Below are positions 19,801-30,137 of a DNA stretch of 64,000 bases, piece by piece. The stretch's first letter is position 1. Each line of letters begins with the position of its first letter. The notes beneath the pieces were generated by a model. That model ran no database searches. It saw nothing but the letters and a program-made list of their open reading frames with translations, and was not told the origin of the DNA. Origin of the DNA: a bacterium (GTDB taxonomy: Bacteria > Electryoneota > JAOADG01); assembly GCA_963681965.1 (NCBI GenBank), contig OY820579.1, positions 2,400,001 to 2,464,000 on the forward strand, read 5' to 3'. A program made the position numbers and the translations under genes.

Positions 19801-21731
19801 AATTCGGAGTTGGGCAGTTGGACATCAACCGAACGAGGATAGGAACCGTCATACAAATCAATTCGACCGGCGATTGCATTGTTATTTGTCGAATCGCGTA
19901 AAACTCCTGCAATCGATCCATATAATCGCGATGTGCGTCGGATTCGAACATTCAAACTATCATGACCCGATGATTCGCCAATATTTGCGCCGGATTGCGT
20001 ACAAATGCCGAAATAAAGTGTAAGCGGTTCTTCGGCATGCAAATAATTAATATCGATCACACCATTCGGATACAAAACGTATTGCATCGTAATCGATAAA
20101 TTCGGATTTTGATATTGATGTGCGTTAAAATAACTGATTACAAACCGGTTGTTGAGAGTATCGAAGGCATACCGAATCGAATCGTTTGCCACGACCAGAT
20201 CCATCCACGATCCGGCTACGATCTGAGCAATGCTACTGTGCTCGATTGGTGTCGGTGCCCTTAATAGCCTGTCACTTGGAGCCAAGTGATTACCGATAAA
20301 ACCGTTGGTCGAACATTCGACTGAATCCCAAGTACTGCTGTATAATGGGAAACGGAATGGAAGTGCAATAGCAGGAGTAAGTTCATCGTCGCCGCAGATT
20401 AATCCAATGCTGCGATTTCGAATATCAATCCAATTGAATTGTCCTAAATCGTAGGAATAACCCGGATCGGGTCGAGGGATGCTCGAAACAACATTCGAGA
20501 GATCGGACATGCCGACTGTGGAGTGTGTCTTGACGAAATAGCGATACTCGATGCCATCGGTGACAGTCGTATCGGAAAACGTCGTGTCGGTCGCGGTAGA
20601 GCGAACACCGATGGGAAGTGTATCGGTTCCGGTTATCCGCCAAATACTATATCCGAATATTCCCGTTCCAGTTGGACGACTCCATATCAACGGAACTCGG
20701 TTATGCAATCCGGTCGTTGCCGTTAGATTGACCGGAGGATTCACCACCAAAGTCGCAGTGGTTAGTGTCAGTCCCGGCGACACGGTCGCGTTCGCAGTCA
20801 CTGAAAATGTACCGGATGACGTTGTACCGCGATAAGTTGGCGCAATCGCTCGCAACCGATAATTGGAAGCGACGAGAATGTTCGGGAAGACGGCGACGCC
20901 TAAACTGTCGGTGACACGGAACAGATTGGGGAAAGCAGTGACTTCGACCAATGCATTGCGGATCGGAACACTGCCAGCACCGCGGATAGTCGCCGAGATT
21001 GTTCCGGTGGATAGATAAAACCGGATCGCCATGGAATTGGTAGGAGTGATCGTCGACGAGTTGTAGCAGTATTGCAAATAGCGATTGTTCGCTCCGCTAT
21101 TGGGTCCCTGCAGACCGATCGTACAGTGGTTATTCAGTGCGCTCATGTCGCGATACATACACTCAATGACACCGGATTCATACAATCGGAGCTGGAATGT
21201 GTAAGTATAGAGTGGTAAATAGTAATGCGGTACTTGATACCATTCGACGATAAACCGGTGATTAGTGCTGTCGCGATAGTACCATATCGAACCCCCCTGA
21301 GTAGGGTCGAGATCGTCCCAAAATGGATAAATACCGGGTTGCACATGGTTGGTGAACGGGAGTGCGACATTGTTGAAATAACTCGACGTGAGCCCGAAAC
21401 CGACAAAACCGTTAGTACAAATATTGATGCTATCGGTGTAGGTTGTACCGTAAAAAGGGAAGAAGCCTGAAAGTGGCACGGCAACGTTCTGATCGTTGAG
21501 TGTAAGTCCAGTGTTGAAACCGGGTCCACCGGCATCGCCAGCGATTTCGAACCAATCGAATGTTGGTCCGGTCGGTTCGACGACATTGTCGATATAGCGA
21601 TAGCCATACCCATCTGGACCACCGGTGCGATTAAGCTCATCGGCAGCAGCGAACACAGTTGTCGGCAGTGTTGCGATCAGAATAAATGTGAGGCATAGCG
21701 AAGTTAGAACGAACGAGAATTTGTTACGCAT
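16890..21731 (-). CDS. Large secreted multidomain protein (repeated nidogen-like, Fn3 and carboxypeptidase-regulatory-like domains, T9SS-type CTD)
   Basis: Start MRNKFS at 21731 with GGGAG RBS; signal peptide; four F.FP(F/L)Y/FG...s.NG..F...W.DL units; NYPNPFNP...RMVILK. Confidence 0.85.
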   Translation of the reverse strand: MRNKFSFVLTSLCLTFILIATLPTTVFAAADELNRTGGPDGYGYRYIDNVVEPTGPTFDWFEIAGDAGGPGFNTGLTLNDQNVAVPLSGFFPFYGTTYTDSINICTNGFVGFGLTSSYFNNVALPFTNHVQPGIYPFWDDLDPTQGGSIWYYRDSTNHRFIVEWYQVPHYYLPLYTYTFQLRLYESGVIECMYRDMSALNNHCTIGLQGPNSGANNRYLQYCYNSSTITPTNSMAIRFYLSTGTISATIRGAGSVPIRNALVEVTAFPNLFRVTDSLGVAVFPNILVASNYRLRAIAPTYRGTTSSGTFSVTANATVSPGLTLTTATLVVNPPVNLTATTGLHNRVPLIWSRPTGTGIFGYSIWRITGTDTLPIGVRSTATDTTFSDTTVTDGIEYRYFVKTHSTVGMSDLSNVVSSIPRPDPGYSYDLGQFNWIDIRNRSIGLICGDDELTPAIALPFRFPLYSSTWDSVECSTNGFIGNHLAPSDRLLRAPTPIEHSSIAQIVAGSWMDLVVANDSIRYAFDTLNNRFVISYFNAHQYQNPNLSITMQYVLYPNGVIDINYLHAEEPLTLYFGICTQSGANIGESSGHDSLNVRIRRTSRLYGSIAGVLRDSTNNNAIAGRIDLYDGSYPRSVDVQLPNSEFQFLNVNALPVSVIASAFGYHSRTIEFQLRSNLDTNLTILLRPISNQPPAGFMGDGFHDDRIIMNWQAPGSTEDEIASLSGYRIYRNDTLLANLAPNIYEYIDSSRGSRGEGIYSWYNVAAVYTAPAFIALCPDSALATYNMPPAKPAYLTASIVDTTLLLRWSPVTTNADSTPCVDLTGYKIYRDTTLIGTVAANIDSFVYDPPSNNRGYTYRIEAFDDAIPANVSEKSDPFFISIQQPWSTVNYTWYNTTNWTDLGLRVDGSVRVPLGFSFPFFGVNYDSVYISSNGFLSFTSPQWYPRQCPGFPSSDLPNAVIAPLWGDLDCSSGSVKINTLNGLFIVSYTSILHAPSQASAGNFQVRLDQSGAIYFAYQYSPSFSDYGIGIEDQTGTQGFQLNLNGTGVFRPTSSSSIGFWSTQRSNGSLSGRIVRGNGLPLAGAQISVANQWTATSLANGYYSIALQPGNWVAKIVASCFVPDTIYHAFSITSSTTTSISDTVRHPSISTTPTSFDLQTPTNGVTTVPLTITNSGDAPLNWKVTTRNRTSLLRSGSSWRRERFDPSIDARAAILPSPLPAQTLAIEHQPKIPGQEETTQPVIQSVDQFWGPDSFGYYCYDLSEINFPEWLTFRNIASTGTLVLQGDDEAIMTQMDGFNFYYYGTQYNRIRVNTNGVAQFINSDDPLGSRVNLPLPTETAINAVMPLWDDLEASVYKFYDAVNNVFILEWVGNRIGHETDTVRFEAQFHANNRAIVFLYDRVPVSQMSATVGIQGSTGANRYYIQNYYGASAGQGLPTNMNGWGLAYFYPNYAPLRNWLTVSPDSGVVAPGSSVNNINVTITLDTTYHINDRIIGDIIFSTNDCSTRVVSVNANVIFNGTDPHRLLGLPEKIALHPNYPNPFNPLTEIRFDLPEASSVQLVVFDLNGREIARLVDGKLPAGYHSTRFNGSGLASGVYFYRLNCEGWSQTQRMVILK

Positions 21732-21857
21732 CGGAATCTCCCAACCCATAGGGGTTGATCGTGTCGAATGTCGAGGATCATCAATCAATCAATTAAAATA
21801 CAGTATTTTTTTGCCAAGGGATAATGATTTTAGGATGTGGAGAAGATTTTCGGAAAA

Positions 21858-22412
21858 TTATAGGTGGGAGAATAGAATATTTAATCCTAGAATTATCAGA
21901 ACGATACCAGCGATAATTTCAATTCGTTTGCCGACCCACTTGCGGACATGATCGGCGAGTAGCATTGCGATTAGCGTCGCAATCGCAGAAACGAGACCGA
22001 TGATTATTACAGAAATAACGATTGGTGCTTGCATTGCGGGGATTCCGATCCCGGCAGCAAACGCATCGATGCTGACTGCGACTGATAGACCGATCAGTTT
22101 CACTCCGCGTGTCAGATCGATCGGATTTTCAGCTTCTTCATCGCCGGTGATCGATTTATAGATCATGATCGATCCTACCACTGCGAGCAAGATGAATGCG
22201 ACCCAGTGATCGATCTTTTCGACGAAATAGAGCAGTGCGCCACCGACCAGCGCACCGCTTAGCGATAGTAAACTCTGAAATAGACCGAAATGGAACGACA
22301 AGCGGAAGATTTGCCGTGGTTCGCGATGCGACAATCCGACCGAAGCTCCGACCGAAAAAGCATCTGCAGCTAAGGCACAGGCTAAAATGAAGATAGGGAG
22401 TAGGTAATTCAT
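21858..22412 (-). CDS. mntP: Manganese efflux pump MntP family
   Basis: ALAADAFSV, FHFGLFQ, DHWVAFILL, AVSIDAFAAG, RIEIIAGIVLI. Confidence 0.88.
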   Translation of the reverse strand: MNYLLPIFILACALAADAFSVGASVGLSHREPRQIFRLSFHFGLFQSLLSLSGALVGGALLYFVEKIDHWVAFILLAVVGSIMIYKSITGDEEAENPIDLTRGVKLIGLSVAVSIDAFAAGIGIPAMQAPIVISVIIIGLVSAIATLIAMLLADHVRKWVGKRIEIIAGIVLIILGLNILFSHL

Positions 22413-22562
22413 CGATCCATTATGTTATTCAAGAATAATCGTAGAATATACATGATAAATTGAAAATCTCCAGATTTGATTTTTCATGAATGGTTGTTCG
22501 ACAATACTAATAAATCAATATCACTTGTAGAAATTCTGTTCCAGAGCCTATTTTATATCGAT

Positions 22563-22661
22563 TCTTGAAAAGAAGTGGTTATGATTTGTTGTCAGGTTCG
22601 CCTGACCTGCGAGCGGGCGCAGGGACCCGCCCCTACGATCGATAACAACTTCTTTTCTTGA
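22563..22661. repeat. 100-bp palindromic element, copy 2
   Basis: TCTTGAAAAGAAGT...GTCAGGTTCGCCTGACCTGC...CGCCCCTAC...ACAACTTCTTTTC. Confidence 0.8.
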
Positions 22662-22721
22662 GAAACTATATTGGAATAATTGGGACTAACTTTCTCGATC
22701 GAGATTGTTATTGGAGTCATC

Positions 22722-23516
22722 ATGAAACCGATGTTGTTATGCATAATTCTATTCTCGTCACTTTCGCTCGGTATCACGGCACCGACAATCGATCCGAATA
22801 TGCCGTATACCGAATTGAAAACTCTGGTGAACCGGAACGATCCGGCTGCGATGAAATTGCTAGGAGAGCGATTGTATCGCGGCGACACGATGCCGAAAGA
22901 TGTTGTCGAAGCGATATCGTGGTTGGAGAAGGCTGCGGCTGCCGGTGACGGGGAAGCGTATTACGATCTCAGTGTGATTTATTTGAACAACGATGGAGTG
23001 ACCCGCGACGTACCGAAAGCGATTGGATATCTTCGCAAAGGGGCGGATCTGAACAATGTGGATGCACAGACCTCGCTTGCGATGTTTTGCCAAGCAGGCG
23101 AACGTGCCGATCCGAGTTTGACAGTCGATATGAAGGAAGCCATTAAGTGGTATTCGCGGGCGGCGGCGCAGAACAATACCGATGCGATTCAACGATTGGC
23201 AATGATTTACCGGATGGGAAACGGAGTAGAAAAGAGTGAAATTGATGCGGTAAAGTGGTTTCAGCGCGGTGCCGATCTGGGCAATTTCGATTGCATGTGG
23301 GCAGTGGGTCAATCGCTGTACGATGGCGTGGGAACGAAGAAGGACATCGTCAAAGGGCTCGCCTATATGACGATTGCTGCCGAGAATTCAAGCGATCCGG
23401 AACAAAAGAAAGCGATGAAAGACCGGCTCGCGAAATACACCGAAACCCTGAAGAAAGGGCAATTGGATGAAATGAAATGGATTGTCGGGGAGTGGAAAGG
23501 GAAAAGAAAGAAGTAG
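22722..23516 (+). CDS. Secreted Sel1-like repeat (SLR) protein
   Basis: Start MKPMLL with GGAG RBS; signal peptide; repeated A..W..KAA..G...A...L...Y..G.GV units. Confidence 0.9.
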   Translation: MKPMLLCIILFSSLSLGITAPTIDPNMPYTELKTLVNRNDPAAMKLLGERLYRGDTMPKDVVEAISWLEKAAAAGDGEAYYDLSVIYLNNDGVTRDVPKAIGYLRKGADLNNVDAQTSLAMFCQAGERADPSLTVDMKEAIKWYSRAAAQNNTDAIQRLAMIYRMGNGVEKSEIDAVKWFQRGADLGNFDCMWAVGQSLYDGVGTKKDIVKGLAYMTIAAENSSDPEQKKAMKDRLAKYTETLKKGQLDEMKWIVGEWKGKRKK

Positions 23517-23543
23517 ATGGAATTTGGTTTGATCAGACAATCA

Positions 23544-24101
23544 TTACCGAAGAAGCAATTGATTCAGTCGATCAATAATCGATAAATCCTCTTTAATGGC
23601 TGCTAGAGGTGATATATTAACCAATATCAGATTAGTATCTAAACGTCTTTGCTGTTTTAGGATTATACTTTCGATATCCCCCCAATCTTTTCCACGATTG
23701 GCAAATGCTTTCATGACGATTAAATCTTCAGCCGAACAGATCTGAAGGTCATATTCCGACATAATACAGATCTTCGAACTTCTTTTAATCATTTGTTCTT
23801 CGAAATCCAAACCAGTCAGAGTAATATCAATCGGCACTCCAGTTGAACTTCGGAGTAGTAAAACGCGTTGTTTGACAGCAAACGATTTGGCATCGGGAAT
23901 TCGGGATGAGAATTTTTGTTGTAATAGGTCGATTAAATCGATCTCATTGCCAAAACCGCACAACAAAGCGATATCAAGATCATTGGTTACGCGAATCTCG
24001 CCCCAATGGATGACTGCGATTCCACCGATAAAACAAAACGGTCGGTTCTTCTCCTCAAGAAACGACTGAATTTCGATAGCCGCTTTCAGTAGATGAATCA
24101 T
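23544..24101 (-). CDS. Nucleotidyltransferase (AbiEii/DUF6036-like), putative toxin or TA component
   Basis: IGGIAVIHWGEIRVTNDLDI, EDLIVMK...R.KD..DI. Confidence 0.75.
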   Translation of the reverse strand: MIHLLKAAIEIQSFLEEKNRPFCFIGGIAVIHWGEIRVTNDLDIALLCGFGNEIDLIDLLQQKFSSRIPDAKSFAVKQRVLLLRSSTGVPIDITLTGLDFEEQMIKRSSKICIMSEYDLQICSAEDLIVMKAFANRGKDWGDIESIILKQQRRLDTNLILVNISPLAAIKEDLSIIDRLNQLLLR

Positions 24102-24325
24102 TTCGGTCTCAGCATAGCAAAATAGCGCTGCATCTCGACCAAGCCACTGGTTTCGGATGGGGTGGAGTGTTCCAGCGAATAGTTGAAGAGATCTTCGAGT
24201 GCTGTCAAGGTCTTTTCAACATAGTCAGGCTGACGCAATTCCGCCGCTTTGATTGCGCGGAGTTCGGCATCGGTCTGTTGCCAGCCATCTGCCCAACGTT
24301 TGATGTTTTCCGGAGTATCGGTCAT
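24098..24325 (-). CDS. Small helical protein coupled to the nucleotidyltransferase (putative antitoxin/partner)
   Basis: 75 aa from MTDTPEN; ATGA overlap with the downstream gene; ends SGLVEMQRYFAMLR. Confidence 0.6.
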   Translation of the reverse strand: MTDTPENIKRWADGWQQTDAELRAIKAAELRQPDYVEKTLTALEDLFNYSLEHSTPSETSGLVEMQRYFAMLRPK

Positions 24326-24567
24326 AACGCTACAAGATAACAAAAAATCGAAATATTCTAACAGGAATTTTGCAAAATCTGGACAATTGAGCATTCCGGA
24401 TGTAATTGCGCGACCGAACTGTACATTCACCCACATCAGTACTCTATATCTTTCATTATCAGTTACTAAGCAACAAATACCAAGTACAAATCACTCATAA
24501 CCTCCACTCGGTTTTGACCGGAACGACAAATCTCTCTACCTTTTACTCTAATCACAAGGAGTAAGTC

Positions 24568-27390
24568 GTGTCGGAACGGGATGTCATCCGCATTGAAGGC
24601 GCACGCGAACACAATCTCAAGAACATCACGCTGGAAATTCCTCGCAACAAACTGGTCGTGATCACCGGACTGTCTGGTTCCGGTAAATCGTCGCTGGCAT
24701 TCGATACGATCTATGCCGAAGGGCAGCGTCGTTATGTCGAATCGCTGTCGGCGTATGCACGGCAGTTCCTCGGCTTGATGGAAAAACCGGATGTCGACCG
24801 GATCGAAGGGCTGTCGCCCGCGATTGCGATTCAACAGAAAGCGGGCACTCGCAACCCGCGCTCGACCGTTGCCACTGTCACGGAAATTTACGACTACATG
24901 CGATTGCTGTTCGCGCGCATCGGTATCCCGTTTTGTCCGAAATGCGGCAAGATTATCGAACGCCAGACCGCAGAACAGATTGTCGATCTGCTCTTGATGT
25001 ATCCCGACGGCACGCGCCTGAATCTGCTCGCACCGCTAATCCGCGGACGCAAGGGGGAGTACAAGGATCTACTCGCTGAAATCAAGCGGGACGGCTATGT
25101 CCGGGTACGGGTCGATGGTATTGTCTACGGCATCGACGACCCGATCCCGATGAAAAAGACGCTCAAGCATACGATCGAAGTGGTCGTCGACCGACTAAAG
25201 ATCGAGAAGAAACTACGTTCGAGACTGGTCGATTCGGTGGAAACCGCGCTGAAGCTATCGAGCGGAATGCTAACGGTGATCGATGAAGCCGGAGTCGAAC
25301 GGATGTTTAGCGAGCGCTTCGCTTGCATCGATTGCGGTATCTCGATCGAAGAACCGGTACCGCGCCTCTTCTCATTCAACTCGCCGTATGGCGCTTGTAC
25401 GACCTGTTCCGGTCTTGGTACGAAGATGGAAATCGATCCCGAGCGAATCATTGTCAATCCACATCTGTCGGTGAAAGAGGGGGCGCTGGCGAATAGTGTG
25501 AGCGGCGATACCCTGTTCAATCAGGCAATGGAGCAGATGGCAAAGGGGCAGGGATTCAAGATCGATGTGCCGTGGGAAAACCTGACCAAGAAACAGGTCG
25601 AGATGATTCTGTACGGCACGGGCGCCGATAAATACAAATTCCGGTTTGCACACAGCGACGGGAAGCGTTATTGGGAGCAGGTTGGTAAGTGGGAAGGGGT
25701 TATTCCGAATCTGCATCGACGCTACCATCAGACGCAATCGACGATGATTCGCGAATGGATCGAGAGCTTCATGGGCTCGATTCCCTGTCCGGATTGTAAA
25801 GGGCAACGCCTTAAGCCGGAGGCGCTCGCGATTAAAATAGATAATCGCTCGATTGCAGAAGTAGCGTCGTACTCGATTTCTACTGCACTCAATTATTTTA
25901 AGCAGCTCAAACTTAGTGAACGCGAATTGAAAATCTCCGGTCAGATTTTGAAAGAGATCAAATCGCGGCTCGGTTTTCTGTTCAATGTTGGTCTTGAATA
26001 TCTCACCCTCAACCGCACTGCGGGCACGTTATCGGGTGGTGAGGCGCAACGAATTCAGTTAGCGACACAAATCGGCAGTCAATTGGTTGGAGTGTTGTAT
26101 ATCCTCGATGAACCGTCGATTGGACTTCACCAGCGCGACAATACAAAATTGATTCAGACATTGGTACAATTGCGCGATTTGAAGAACACTGTGATTGTCG
26201 TCGAACACGACGAAGAGACGATGCGCTCGGCAGATCATTTGATCGACATGGGTCCGAAAGCGGGGCGGTTTGGCGGTCAAATTATTGCCCAAGGAACGCC
26301 AGCGGAAGTCGAAAAAGTCGCCGATTCGCTTACTGGACAGTATTTATCCGGAACATTGAAGATCGATCTACCGAAAAGTCGTCGCAGTGGCAGTGGAAAA
26401 GTGCTGAAGATAACCAATGCGACCGGTAACAATCTAAAAAACGTCAATGTCGAAATTCCTCTTGGCAAATTTGTAACGATTACCGGTGTCTCGGGTAGCG
26501 GCAAGTCGTCGCTAGTTTCGGAAACACTGACCCGGGCACTGGCACAGAAACTGAATAAAGCACGGGAACAATCGTTGCCGTATGGCAAGATCACCGGTCT
26601 GGAACATCTCGATAAGGTGATTGAAATCGATCAATCGCCGATTGGTCGAACACCGCGCTCGAATCCTGCGACTTATACGGGACTATTTGGCGCGATACGA
26701 GATCTGTTTGCGCAATTGCCGGAAGCAAAGATGCGCGGCTACACCCCGGGACGGTTCAGTTTCAATGTCAAAGGGGGACGGTGCGACACCTGCGAAGGGG
26801 ACGGGATCATCAAGATCGAGATGTACTTCCTTCCCGATGTGTATGTCAGTTGTGAAGCCTGTAACGGACGACGTTACAACCGTGAGACGCTGGAAGTACG
26901 CTACAAGGGGAAGAGCATTGCCGATGTATTGGAAATGACCGTCGAAGAGGCATTGGAGTTTTTCAATGCAATACCTCCCATTCGACGGAAACTTCAGACA
27001 TTGTTCGATGTCGGTCTCGGTTATATTCACCTTGGACAACAGGCGACGACGCTGTCCGGAGGCGAAGCGCAGCGGGTCAAACTGAGTACCGAATTGTCGC
27101 GGATGGCTACCGGTAAAACGATTTATGTCCTCGATGAACCGACTACCGGATTGCACTTTGCCGATATCAAATTGTTGTTGGAAGTGCTGCAACGCTTGGT
27201 CGACAAAGGGAATACCGTCGTGGTGATCGAACACAATCTCGATGTAATCAAAGTCGCGGATTGGGTGATCGATCTCGGACCCGAAGGGGGAGATGCCGGC
27301 GGGGAGATTATTGGCGAAGGGACACCGGAAACGATTGCGAAGATCAAACAATCGTATACGGGACAATACCTGAAGCATGTCCTACATTGA
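24568..27390 (+). CDS. uvrA: Excinuclease ABC subunit A
   Basis: [32 protein letters not shown], two ABC cassettes (LSGGEAQR), zinc fingers. Confidence 0.99.
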   Translation: MSERDVIRIEGAREHNLKNITLEIPRNKLVVITGLSGSGKSSLAFDTIYAEGQRRYVESLSAYARQFLGLMEKPDVDRIEGLSPAIAIQQKAGTRNPRSTVATVTEIYDYMRLLFARIGIPFCPKCGKIIERQTAEQIVDLLLMYPDGTRLNLLAPLIRGRKGEYKDLLAEIKRDGYVRVRVDGIVYGIDDPIPMKKTLKHTIEVVVDRLKIEKKLRSRLVDSVETALKLSSGMLTVIDEAGVERMFSERFACIDCGISIEEPVPRLFSFNSPYGACTTCSGLGTKMEIDPERIIVNPHLSVKEGALANSVSGDTLFNQAMEQMAKGQGFKIDVPWENLTKKQVEMILYGTGADKYKFRFAHSDGKRYWEQVGKWEGVIPNLHRRYHQTQSTMIREWIESFMGSIPCPDCKGQRLKPEALAIKIDNRSIAEVASYSISTALNYFKQLKLSERELKISGQILKEIKSRLGFLFNVGLEYLTLNRTAGTLSGGEAQRIQLATQIGSQLVGVLYILDEPSIGLHQRDNTKLIQTLVQLRDLKNTVIVVEHDEETMRSADHLIDMGPKAGRFGGQIIAQGTPAEVEKVADSLTGQYLSGTLKIDLPKSRRSGSGKVLKITNATGNNLKNVNVEIPLGKFVTITGVSGSGKSSLVSETLTRALAQKLNKAREQSLPYGKITGLEHLDKVIEIDQSPIGRTPRSNPATYTGLFGAIRDLFAQLPEAKMRGYTPGRFSFNVKGGRCDTCEGDGIIKIEMYFLPDVYVSCEACNGRRYNRETLEVRYKGKSIADVLEMTVEEALEFFNAIPPIRRKLQTLFDVGLGYIHLGQQATTLSGGEAQRVKLSTELSRMATGKTIYVLDEPTTGLHFADIKLLLEVLQRLVDKGNTVVVIEHNLDVIKVADWVIDLGPEGGDAGGEIIGEGTPETIAKIKQSYTGQYLKHVLH

Positions 27391-27507
27391 TGCACATTCA
27401 TTTTAATTCTTAAGACAAGTGGTTTTTTCACTGAGAATTTGCGATATTGTGTGATAGATTTGCATAAAATTATGATTTGAATTGCGAATGGGTATGGAGG
27501 GGAAAAC

Positions 27508-28176
27508 ATGAATAGACTTCTTTGGTGTTTGCTAGTCGTAACGATTTTTTGTATAGGTGTATCGGCGCAAGAACTTGTGATCCTGCAGCCGAATGGTGCT
27601 TCACATTGGGTGGTAAACTCGCCTTATCAGGTTCAGGTTGTGCCACAAGGATTTTCCGGCAGATTGCGCACTGTAATCGAACTCAATCGGGTTTATCCGG
27701 ATAATCCGTGGGTGGAAATCGGTAGTTTCAATCCCAATTATATCGATCGCCAGACGATGTACCTTAACGGTTATTTATCAGGCGTACCAACGTCCGATTT
27801 TACCGCAGCGATCCGGGTTCGCATCGATTCGCTGCACATCTCGCAAATTTCCGAACGATTCATTATCGATCCGATCAATGGTATCGATGAATCTACCACC
27901 GGTGTTTTGGTCGATTACCGAATGCTTTCGGTGTACCCGAATCCGTTTAATTCGACTGCTACTATCGCGATCAATTTGGATCGCAGCCAAGATCTCACAC
28001 TGAAAATTCACGACCGAGTCGGTCGCGAAGTGACGACACTAACTTCCGGTTTGGTCTCGGCAGGGGAACATCGATATAAATTCGATGCCTCGCATCTTTC
28101 CGCCGGGGTTTATTTCATTACCGCGAATCGCGCCGGGAAGCCATTGGTGATGCAGAAAGCCGTTTTGCTTAAATAG
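27508..28176 (+). CDS. Small secreted Ig-like protein with T9SS-type CTD
   Basis: Signal peptide, QPNG..W Ig-like start, YPNPFNS...KAVLLK. Confidence 0.8.
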   Translation: MNRLLWCLLVVTIFCIGVSAQELVILQPNGASHWVVNSPYQVQVVPQGFSGRLRTVIELNRVYPDNPWVEIGSFNPNYIDRQTMYLNGYLSGVPTSDFTAAIRVRIDSLHISQISERFIIDPINGIDESTTGVLVDYRMLSVYPNPFNSTATIAINLDRSQDLTLKIHDRVGREVTTLTSGLVSAGEHRYKFDASHLSAGVYFITANRAGKPLVMQKAVLLK

Positions 28177-28214
28177 AATTTGAAACATTATTTAACAATT
28201 TGCTCGAGAAGTAT

Positions 28215-29066
28215 ATGCCCGATTTAATTCCGACCCTCAAAGAAAAAGTGTTGAACGTCCGCCGCGATATTATCACGATGCTAGCATATGCCGGATCGGG
28301 TCATACGGGTGGATCGCTTTCGTGTGCCGATTTCGCATCGGTGCTAATGTTCCACGAATTGAAACGCGATCCCCGCGATCCGAATTGGGATTTGCGCGAC
28401 TTTCTGTTTTACTCGAATGGTCATGTATCGCCAGTGAACTATTCGTGTCTGGCGGAAGCCGGTTACTTCCCGAAACGGGATTTATTGCGTTTCCGGCAAC
28501 TCGATGGTCAATTGCAAGGACACCCGTGTCATGAGACGCCGGGCATCGAAGTTGGTTCGGGATCATTGGGACAAGGACTTTCGATTGGTTGCGGAGCCGC
28601 ACTAGCAGCGAAGCGGGAGCGACATCCCCGACGGGTTTATGTCATCATGGGTGACGGCGAGTTGCAAGAAGGGATGTGTTGGGAAGCGGCGATGTTTGGG
28701 GCGCACTACCGGTTGAACAATCTTTGCGCGATCGTCGATCGGAACTTCAAGCAGATCGATGGCGATACCGAAACTGTGATGGCGTTGGAACCACTTGCGG
28801 ATAAATGGACTGCGTTCGGTTGGAATGTGATTGCGACCGACGGACACGATCTGGCTGGTTTGATTGCCGCTTATGAACAAGCGCGAGCGGTGGATGATAA
28901 ACCGACAGTCTTGTTGCTCCGAACGATTATGGGGAAGGGGGTATCGTTTATGGAGAACGATCACCGCTGGCACGGCAAAGCCCCGTCAAAAGAGCAAGCA
29001 GAAGCGGCGTTACGCGAATTGGGTACTAATTTGGACGAGTGGACTGAATATTTGAAGAATGCATAA
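28215..29066 (+). CDS. Transketolase, N-terminal subunit
   Basis: SGHTGGSLS, LQGHP, GSLGQG, GDGELQEG TPP-binding motif. Confidence 0.95.
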   Translation: MPDLIPTLKEKVLNVRRDIITMLAYAGSGHTGGSLSCADFASVLMFHELKRDPRDPNWDLRDFLFYSNGHVSPVNYSCLAEAGYFPKRDLLRFRQLDGQLQGHPCHETPGIEVGSGSLGQGLSIGCGAALAAKRERHPRRVYVIMGDGELQEGMCWEAAMFGAHYRLNNLCAIVDRNFKQIDGDTETVMALEPLADKWTAFGWNVIATDGHDLAGLIAAYEQARAVDDKPTVLLLRTIMGKGVSFMENDHRWHGKAPSKEQAEAALRELGTNLDEWTEYLKNA

Positions 29067-29119
29067 CGGAATTCACGCATTCAACAGAATATTGAACATC
29101 TCTCTGGAGACTATTGCAA

Positions 29120-30058
29120 ATGGCAGAACAAAAACCGACCCGTGCCGGATATGGCGAAGCGTTGGTCGAGTTGGGCAAGCGGGATAACCGCATTTGGGTA
29201 TTAACCGGCGATTTAGCTGAATCTACGATGGTCGATAAATTCGAGAAAGCTTATCCGGAGCGGTTTGTACAATGCGGAATTGCCGAACAGAATATGTGCA
29301 ACGTTGCCGCCGGTCTCGCTGTCGGTGGAAAGATTCCGTTTTGGACAACCTACGGCGCATTTGCAGCGTGCCGCTCACTCGATATGTTGCGTGTTACGGT
29401 CTGCTACTCCGATTTGAATGTCAAGATCGGAGGAGCGCATTGCGGTATCACCGTCGGACCCGATGGCGCTACACATCAGATTTTAGAAGACCTTGCGATT
29501 ATGCGGGTGTTACCGAATATGAAGGTGGTTGTGCCTGCCGATTATCACGAAGCTTATAATGCCACGATTGCCGCAGCGGAAATTTACGGACCGGTGTATG
29601 TCCGATTGGGACGTGCGCCTGCTCCGGTTTTTACTGATCGCGAAGATCCATTTGTGATTGGGAAAGCGAAAATTCTTCATGAAGGATCCGATATTGCGAT
29701 CATCGCCTGCGGGCAGTTGGTTTCGGAATCGATTCTCGCCGCCGAAGAATTGGCAAAGAGTGGTATTCAGGCACGAGTGATCAACATGTCGACGCTGAAA
29801 CCGATCGATACTGCGGCTATTGTCGCGGCAGCTCGGGATTGCGGGCGGATCGTTACTGCCGAAGAACATCAGATCTACGGCGGTCTCGGCAGCGCTGTGG
29901 CACATGAATGTGCTGTGAATGGTGTGCCGGTGCCGATGAAGATGATTGCGATTCAAGATCGGTTCGGTCAGAGTGGATCACCGGAAGAGTTGCTTACTTA
30001 TTTTGGACTCCGATCCGCGAATATCGTCGATGCTGCAAAATCGTTATTAAAGAAATAA
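29120..30058 (+). CDS. Transketolase, C-terminal subunit
   Basis: GIAEQNM, GPDGATHQ, AEEHQIYGGLGS. Confidence 0.95.
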   Translation: MAEQKPTRAGYGEALVELGKRDNRIWVLTGDLAESTMVDKFEKAYPERFVQCGIAEQNMCNVAAGLAVGGKIPFWTTYGAFAACRSLDMLRVTVCYSDLNVKIGGAHCGITVGPDGATHQILEDLAIMRVLPNMKVVVPADYHEAYNATIAAAEIYGPVYVRLGRAPAPVFTDREDPFVIGKAKILHEGSDIAIIACGQLVSESILAAEELAKSGIQARVINMSTLKPIDTAAIVAAARDCGRIVTAEEHQIYGGLGSAVAHECAVNGVPVPMKMIAIQDRFGQSGSPEELLTYFGLRSANIVDAAKSLLKK

Positions 30059-30079
30059 CTGAAAATGGTAACAAACAAG

Positions 30080-30109
30080 AGGGACAGGCGGTTAAGCCTG
30101 TCCCTTTTT
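30080..30109. terminator. Intrinsic terminator
   Basis: AGGGACAGGC-GGTTAA-GCCTGTCCCTTTTT between convergent genes. Confidence 0.85.
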
Positions 30110-30137
30110 GTAGGAGTAAAGTCATTTCCCGCAGCAA

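Noticed and set aside
22413-22560. yybP-ykoY manganese riboswitch upstream of mntP
   Set aside because: No recognisable conserved motif in this AT-rich leader.
26683-27378. Long antisense ORFs (also 52207..52959, 13989..14504)
   Set aside because: They lie opposite well-conserved genes and show no motifs of their own.
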